Part shown: positions 58,491 through 64,000 of the stretch, in pieces
Numbering within the stretch: the stretch's first letter is position 1
Layout: each line of letters starts with the position of its first letter
The notes under the pieces: generated by a model
Database searches by the model: none
Seen by the model: the letters and a program-made list of their open reading frames with translations, nothing else
What the model was told of the DNA's origin: nothing
Assembly: GCA_037969645.1 (NCBI GenBank)
Contig: JBBKXU010000316.1
Coordinates: 1,292-65,291 of the forward strand
Reading direction: 5' to 3'
Source of the DNA: Ferruginibacter sp.
GTDB taxonomy: Bacteria > Bacteroidota > Bacteroidia > Chitinophagales > Chitinophagaceae
Length of the DNA: 64,000 bases
Program-made: the position numbers and the translations under genes

Positions 58491-59264
58491 TCAAACAGCG
58501 GGGTTAAATATTTTCTCCAATAACGCATATAATTCCGGATGCTTTTCTTTCAGCAATGCCGGGCGCTCAAAAAAGTATTCAGATGCTACGGCAAAAAATT
58601 CCGCTTCGTTGGTTGCACCATAAGGATTGATATCAGATTCTTCATTGTAGATATTCTTTATCCCTTGTTGCATTAATTGCAACCACGGTACAATGTATTT
58701 TTTATCCATTAATGCTTCCGGAATACCATCAATATCGCCATCAGTTTTATCCAGCAAGTGTACAAACTCATGGATTGCCGTATTGTCTTTGCCGGTTTTA
58801 TTGATAAACGCCTGCCTCAATTCAAACTGCGACAAGATCATCACATGATTCATGGCCCCGCTGCCTACCATGCCCAGAATATTTCTTCCTGTGCCCTCCT
58901 GTTTATATTCATGATCAAAAGAATCTGGGTACAACAGCACTTCATGCAGGTTACGATACTCCCAGCCGGGGAAATTAAAGATGGGTATGATAGCGCTTGC
59001 AGCAATCAATACCCGGTCCATATCGTCAACTTTAGTCTTGACACCGGTAATTTTTACCTGGGTTAAAAAATGTGCCGCACGTTCTTCAAACTCGATTTGT
59101 TTATTTTCATTTAATTGCTGGTAAAATGGCACCAGTTCTTGCAATGTTTTCTTAAGCAGTACCGGTACGGGATCTATTACAGTTACTTTCTTTTTCTGCA
59201 AAAATTTTACGGCATAAACAATGCCCAGTATAAAAATGATGAGTATCAGTAGTTGAACTTCCAT
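58491..59264 (-). CDS. M90 family zinc peptidase (MtfA-like)
   Basis: VLLYP..F, N..IHEFVHLLD and YGATNEAEFFAVASEYFFE motifs. Confidence 0.92.
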   Translation of the reverse strand: MEVQLLILIIFILGIVYAVKFLQKKKVTVIDPVPVLLKKTLQELVPFYQQLNENKQIEFEERAAHFLTQVKITGVKTKVDDMDRVLIAASAIIPIFNFPGWEYRNLHEVLLYPDSFDHEYKQEGTGRNILGMVGSGAMNHVMILSQFELRQAFINKTGKDNTAIHEFVHLLDKTDGDIDGIPEALMDKKYIVPWLQLMQQGIKNIYNEESDINPYGATNEAEFFAVASEYFFERPALLKEKHPELYALLEKIFNPAV

Positions 59265-59284
59265 ACAATTTTGTAGATGATGGC

Positions 59285-60616
59285 TTATTTTTTCTTAGGT
59301 GCTCTTTTAATAGGCTTGCCGTATTTTTTCATCATCCTGTCCTTTTTCTTGACAATAAAATTCACTTTACTGTTTTTTGCAGATTTGGGATGAAATGCAG
59401 GCCCACTCTCTTCTTTCTTCGGAACCTTTAACTGAATGGTTTTCATAAAAACCTTTGGCTTTTCATCCTCCGTTAATTCATCAGAGATGATTAAATTATC
59501 TGGTAAAACAGTTTCGGATATCGGTTGCTTCATCAGCGCCTCTATAGCTTCCTGCAACGGTTTTTCTTTTTCAGTAATAAAGCTGATGGCGATACCTTTT
59601 TTATCTGCTCTACCTGTTCGGCCAATGCGGTGCATATAATTTTCAGGAACATCAGGAACATCAAAATTGATAACATGAGTTACTTCGGCCACATCAATAC
59701 CACGTGCAACAATATCGGTGGCAATAATAAAGCGGTAAACGCCGTCATGAAATTGTTTAACTGTATTAAATCGGTGATTTTGTTCTTTGTTTGAATGAAT
59801 TACACCTGCTGTTCCGGGAAATTTTGCTTCAAGTTGTTCGTACAAATCATCAGCAAGTTTTTTTGTAGCCGCAAAAACCAAAACCTTGGTCATGCTCTCT
59901 TCTTTGGTTAACAACAAATGCAGCAGGTTTACTTTTGTATAAAAATTTGGTACGTTATAATAAGTCTGCTCAATATTTTCTAGTGGCGTACCGGTAGGTG
60001 CGGCTTCAACTTTTTCTGGATTATTAAAGTAGGTATCCATTAAAACTTCTACTTCATCTGTAATGGTTGCAGAGAATAACAGGTTTTGTCTTTTTTCGGG
60101 AAGCAGATCAAGTATGTTTTTTATCTGTGTTCTAAAACCAAGATTCAACATCTCATCCATCTCATCAATTACCAATTTTTTTATGGCTTTGGTTTTAAAT
60201 GCTGCGTTTAAAATCAGATCATACAACCTTCCCGGAGTGGCTACAAGTATATCTGCGCCCGATTGCAAATCCTTCCACTGTGTATTAATATTTACACCAC
60301 CATAAATGGGAATCGCCACCACACTCATGTATGTTGTTAATTCGTTTATTGAATCTACCACCTGCACGGCCAACTCCCGGGTGGGTACAATAACCAGTAT
60401 TTGTGGATTTTTATCTTTACTGAATTTCCATAACCTCAGTAGAGGCAACAAGTATGCAAAAGTTTTACCAGTGCCCGTTTGTGCAATCCCACATACATCC
60501 CGGCCACTCATTACTATAGGGAAAACCCGGTGTTGAATGGTGGTTGGCGTCGTGAAACCTTTTTCATCAAGCGCATTGAGCAATGGGCCACTTAAATTTA
60601 AATCGCTAAACTTCAT
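59285..60616 (-). CDS. DEAD-box RNA helicase (motif II reads DEMD)
   Basis: Q motif, AQTGTGKT, PTRELA, TPGR, SAT, ARGID and HRIGRTGR. Confidence 0.96.
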   Translation of the reverse strand: MKFSDLNLSGPLLNALDEKGFTTPTTIQHRVFPIVMSGRDVCGIAQTGTGKTFAYLLPLLRLWKFSKDKNPQILVIVPTRELAVQVVDSINELTTYMSVVAIPIYGGVNINTQWKDLQSGADILVATPGRLYDLILNAAFKTKAIKKLVIDEMDEMLNLGFRTQIKNILDLLPEKRQNLLFSATITDEVEVLMDTYFNNPEKVEAAPTGTPLENIEQTYYNVPNFYTKVNLLHLLLTKEESMTKVLVFAATKKLADDLYEQLEAKFPGTAGVIHSNKEQNHRFNTVKQFHDGVYRFIIATDIVARGIDVAEVTHVINFDVPDVPENYMHRIGRTGRADKKGIAISFITEKEKPLQEAIEALMKQPISETVLPDNLIISDELTEDEKPKVFMKTIQLKVPKKEESGPAFHPKSAKNSKVNFIVKKKDRMMKKYGKPIKRAPKKK

Positions 60617-60729
60617 ATTATTAATTCAACGGCAAAGGTAGTCCTTAATTTAGAGCTGCTTATACTGCTGCAAGCTTCCTTTTTTATATTCTTTAACATA
60701 ATGATAGGAGTGTCTTTGTGTTTGTGAAC

Positions 60730-60737
60730 TAACTTTG
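60730..60737 (+). promoter_or_regulatory. -7 promoter box TAACTTTG for the OmpA/MotB gene
   Basis: TAnnTTTG consensus. Confidence 0.55.
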
Positions 60738-60773
60738 CGTTTGATAATTTAAAAAATAACTAAAAACTGTTTT

Positions 60774-61658
60774 ATGAAAACCTTCATTTTGGCTGTTATT
60801 GCAGCCCCTCTTCTTTTTGCATCTTGTGTTAGCACTAAGAAATTTAAAGCTGCTGAAGCTGAGTACGCTGTTTTGCAGACTAAATATGTACAAATTCAAA
60901 CTGATTTAACCGGATGTAATGAGGCCAAAGCCGAATTATTGCGCCAAAAATCAACATTGGAAACAGATAATGCGGGTCTTAACAAACGCATTGCCGATCT
61001 GAACAAGCAAATTGATTTTCTGAAAGAAAACAACACTTCTGTACTAAACCAATTGCAGGGCTTGTCTGTTGTTTCATCAACTCAGGCAGAAAGTATTAAA
61101 AAGTCGCTGGAAAATATCGGCAGCAAAGACGACTATATTCAAACCCTGCAATCTTCCATTGCACGTAAAGACTCATTGAACATGGCACTGGTGATGAACC
61201 TGAAAGGTGCCATTGGAAACCTAAACGACGAGGATATCAATATTAAAGTTGATAAAGGCGTTGTTTACATAGATATTTCTGACAAGTTACTTTTTAAAAG
61301 TGGCAAATTTGAAGTTACGCAACAGGCAAAAACTGTTTTAGGTAAAGTGGCCATGGTTTTAAAGAACCAACCCGATATCGAATTTATGGTTGAGGGCCAT
61401 ACCGATAATGTGCCCATTAGTAATAATGTAACGGAAGATAACTGGGACCTGAGTGTTAAAAGAGCTACAGAAGTGGTACGGGTGTTGCAGAATCAATACG
61501 GGCTGGATCCTTCGAAAATGATTGCTGCCGGACGTGGGGAATACAAACCCCTTATGGACAACAGCACAGCTCAAAACCGTTCTGCCAACCGCCGTACAAG
61601 AATTGTAATACTTCCTCAACTTGATCAGTTCTTTAAATTACTGGAACCAAAAAAATAA
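60774..61658 (+). CDS. OmpA/MotB family lipoprotein with coiled coil
   Basis: Lipobox FAS-C, LLF.SG, VEGHTD, NWDLS.KRA and NRRT.I motifs. Confidence 0.93.
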   Translation: MKTFILAVIAAPLLFASCVSTKKFKAAEAEYAVLQTKYVQIQTDLTGCNEAKAELLRQKSTLETDNAGLNKRIADLNKQIDFLKENNTSVLNQLQGLSVVSSTQAESIKKSLENIGSKDDYIQTLQSSIARKDSLNMALVMNLKGAIGNLNDEDINIKVDKGVVYIDISDKLLFKSGKFEVTQQAKTVLGKVAMVLKNQPDIEFMVEGHTDNVPISNNVTEDNWDLSVKRATEVVRVLQNQYGLDPSKMIAAGRGEYKPLMDNSTAQNRSANRRTRIVILPQLDQFFKLLEPKK

Positions 61659-61671
61659 AAAATTGTTACAC

Positions 61672-61699
61672 AAAAACCTCCGAATTATCGGAGGTTTTT
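61672..61699. terminator. Bidirectional intrinsic terminator
   Basis: AAAAACCTCCGA-ATTA-TCGGAGGTTTTT. Confidence 0.9.
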
Positions 61700-61791
61700 T
61701 ACTTTACACTATTTTTTATTCATACTTATTTGTATAGTTTAACGGTTATCTACAAACTTGCCACTGTAAACTGCTTACACGGTGTTAATCC

Positions 61792-63021
61792 TTAACGTGG
61801 TTTAGGGCCAGCGTCTTCATAGGCTTTATCGATAGCTGTTTTCATCTTATAAAGGCGCCATAAATTTCTGATTATTCCGGAAACTCCACTAATTGAATCT
61901 TCTAAAATATCGCCTATCTCATCCTCGGTAAATCCTTGTTCCTTGAGTCTTTTCTTAAGCGCATCCCGTAATTTTTCACGCCATTTCTTTAGCTCCGGAC
62001 TTTCGGAGTTGAGGGCCTGCCAATCGTTGACGTAGAAATTGGGCGGACATTTCAACACAGCATCTATTGAATAGGCTCCCCGGGTAACACCCACAACTTT
62101 GAAAGTAAATTTATATTCGGATGGCGGGTTTGGAGGAACTGTTTTTTCTATTTTATCCTCTTCTTTTCCTTTTTTGTCTTTTGATTCCACTATTCTAACA
62201 ACTGATGGCGTTCGATTGGTAACTTCTATTTTACATTCATTTTCTGGTTCTAGGCCTTCTAAGCCAGTAACTTTAACTTCAACGGTAGCTGTCTCACTTC
62301 TCTTCAATTTTACTTTATCTGCAGTTAGATTTAAATCAACCACATTAACCTGATGTTCTGACGTTGTTTTATTCTCATTTACGGTAAGCTTTTGGGGGCC
62401 GTTTTCAGCCGTTTGCGGAACCTGTACATAACTTGTCCGGGGCGATTCGGCAATAACATCGCAGGGCAGACCGCCTAGGTTAACCGTGGTATTGGAAGCG
62501 TTTCCATCAAAATTGCCGTCAATGGTAAGTGGTTCATCAGGCTGACATACAGGAGCGGGTTTAAAACGAACTGGGCCTAACGGCTTATTATCAGCAAAAC
62601 CCATCATAGTGCCTATAGGTATCTGTCCTAAATCAATAACCTCACCGGCAGCATTTTTCAATAAAAACGGCATTGATGTTAAACCCGCAGGAACGAGGAA
62701 AGATAAAACCCCGTCGTTGACCTGAGTTTTCTTTCCGTCTATCTCAATCACAACACCCTGTAGGGTAGCCGAAGCTTTACCCGGCCCTATCGGCTTATTT
62801 TTGGTTTCATCAACTACCGTTCCGGTAATTCTGTCGCCCGAACGGATATCTAGAGGTAGCCTGACCTTTACTTTTTGATCTGGCGAAACGATTAACGTAT
62901 AGTTGATAAGCCCTTTTTCAATTACAGGCTCCTGGCTAAAAGCAGGACTTAACATAGCTATAAAAGCAATCGCTGTTAAGCTTAGCATTTTAGTTACTTG
63001 ATTTGTTAAATACTTTTTCAT
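61792..63021 (-). CDS. Exported hypothetical protein: beta-sandwich (IPT/Ig-like) domains plus helical C-terminal domain
   Basis: Signal peptide, LTIDGNFDG..NTTVNLGG.PC.V IPT-like segment and a charged helical last ~80 aa. Confidence 0.8.
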   Translation of the reverse strand: MKKYLTNQVTKMLSLTAIAFIAMLSPAFSQEPVIEKGLINYTLIVSPDQKVKVRLPLDIRSGDRITGTVVDETKNKPIGPGKASATLQGVVIEIDGKKTQVNDGVLSFLVPAGLTSMPFLLKNAAGEVIDLGQIPIGTMMGFADNKPLGPVRFKPAPVCQPDEPLTIDGNFDGNASNTTVNLGGLPCDVIAESPRTSYVQVPQTAENGPQKLTVNENKTTSEHQVNVVDLNLTADKVKLKRSETATVEVKVTGLEGLEPENECKIEVTNRTPSVVRIVESKDKKGKEEDKIEKTVPPNPPSEYKFTFKVVGVTRGAYSIDAVLKCPPNFYVNDWQALNSESPELKKWREKLRDALKKRLKEQGFTEDEIGDILEDSISGVSGIIRNLWRLYKMKTAIDKAYEDAGPKPR

Positions 63022-63400
63022 GATAATTTGTTTAATAGTTACACAATAAATGCCGAAGCACCCTAGTAATATTGTTTCACATTTATATAAACCGATATCT
63101 TATTTTGTTACCCCTCTTACAAAATACAAATTATTCTGAGTATAGAGAATAACCATCAGCGGGTATGAATTCAGCCTCCTGTTTAACTATCTTAAAGCGG
63201 AAGCCAGCGTGTGCCCTTTTTTGAAAACAAAAGCAAAGAACTTACGGCTTTATATATAATTTTAAAAACGGGGTTGTATGTGTAAAGCTGGCCGAAAAAA
63301 TTACTGTTAATTTAAAATAACGGCACATCAGCACCCAATTAACTGCTTTGATCGGTTGATATTTATTATTTTCACCCAATAAAGAAGATAATAAACAGGC

Positions 63401-64000
63401 ATGCCCATCATTCAAAGTATATCCAGGTTTTTACAAACAGCTCAAGTACCTTTCTCAACTATATCCAATATATACAGACAGAAAAGATTCATCAGAAAAA
63501 ATATTGGTCCGCAATTATCTGCAGCACAAAAATTGGCCGATGGCAGTTTGGATGAAAGCGATATCAAAAAGATTACCGGTTATTATGGCTTGGCTGTGCC
63601 TGCCGTTTTAGGAGAAGCGTTTTGCGTACTTCGTGGCGAGCCAATGACAAAGAAGGAAAGAATTGCCAGCACAAACCAAGGCGCTATGACTGGTTTAGGC
63701 GATGATTTTTTTGACAGACAGCGACTGTCGGACCAAGGCGTACAGGATTTCATTGAACAGCCCGATCAGTTTACCGGTAACACAACCAGCGAAAAACTTT
63801 TCCTCAGTTTTTATAAAACAGCTTTAGCCAATGCGCCCAAACCGGAGCTGATGCAGGCGCAGGTTTACAAAGTATTTCAAGCGCAGTTGCTGAGTAAACA
63901 ACAGGATGCTCCTGGCTTATCTTACGAAGTAATAAAAGATATAACGATGCGCAAGGGGGCCGAGTCTTTGCTATATTACCGAACTGCTTTTGATCATCCT
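63401..64000 (+). CDS. Class 1 isoprenoid biosynthesis (terpene synthase/prenyltransferase-like) protein, partial
   Basis: Not in the ORF track. Manual translation gives MPIIQSISRF...AMTGLGDDFFD (DDxxD)...KDITMRKG; frame open to the window end. Confidence 0.7.
   Translation, partial: MPIIQSISRFLQTAQVPFSTISNIYRQKRFIRKNIGPQLSAAQKLADGSLDESDIKKITGYYGLAVPAVLGEAFCVLRGEPMTKKERIASTNQGAMTGLGDDFFDRQRLSDQGVQDFIEQPDQFTGNTTSEKLFLSFYKTALANAPKPELMQAQVYKVFQAQLLSKQQDAPGLSYEVIKDITMRKGAESLLYYRTAFDHP

Noticed and set aside
63150-63260. Short frame ITISGYEFSLLFNYLKAEASVCPFLK, possibly a gene remnant
   Set aside because: No start context and only a vague resemblance to known proteins.
1-64000. CRISPR arrays, rRNA/tRNA genes, IS transposases, and the many short antisense ORFs in the track
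   Set aside because: No regularly spaced repeat-spacer pattern, RNA-gene signature or transposase motif was seen. The antisense/nested ORFs overlap well-supported genes and look like shadow frames.

Overview
An AT-rich bacterial chromosome segment with about 57 CDS. Gene content and many TAnnTTTG (-7) promoter boxes point to Bacteroidota, most likely Chitinophagaceae (inference; no database search was possible). It is mostly housekeeping and metabolic: partial 2-oxoacid dehydrogenase E1, an M16 peptidase pair, mqnC, a vanadium-haloperoxidase-like gene paired with a VCBS/ASPIC-UnbV gene, a SWIM-SNF2 ATPase, comB and gcvT, a PadR-PspC operon, feoB, mnmH-(unknown)-selD, rho, asnS, nhaD, a GH18 hydrolase, fhs, an Ala/Gly symporter, an acyl-CoA carboxylase cluster, a DEAD-box helicase, OmpA/MotB and a partial class-1 isoprenoid-synthase-like gene. 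I found no rRNA, tRNA, CRISPR array, integrase or transposase. The most unusual signal lies below gene level: several families of short palindromic elements (7-mer and 9-mer micro-repeat hairpins, REP-like stems). They sit right after stop codons, sometimes supply the stop codon, lie in divergent promoters, and appear twice IN FRAME inside the tRNA 2-selenouridine synthase mnmH. Other leads are a decayed second fhs allele fragment, three unannotated small ORFs (two with promoter-like motifs), a large uncharacterised GNAT-like protein, a Rho with a charge-blocked N-terminal insertion, and a secreted Ig/IPT-like protein with a distinct helical C-terminus. All family assignments come from motif recognition by eye.
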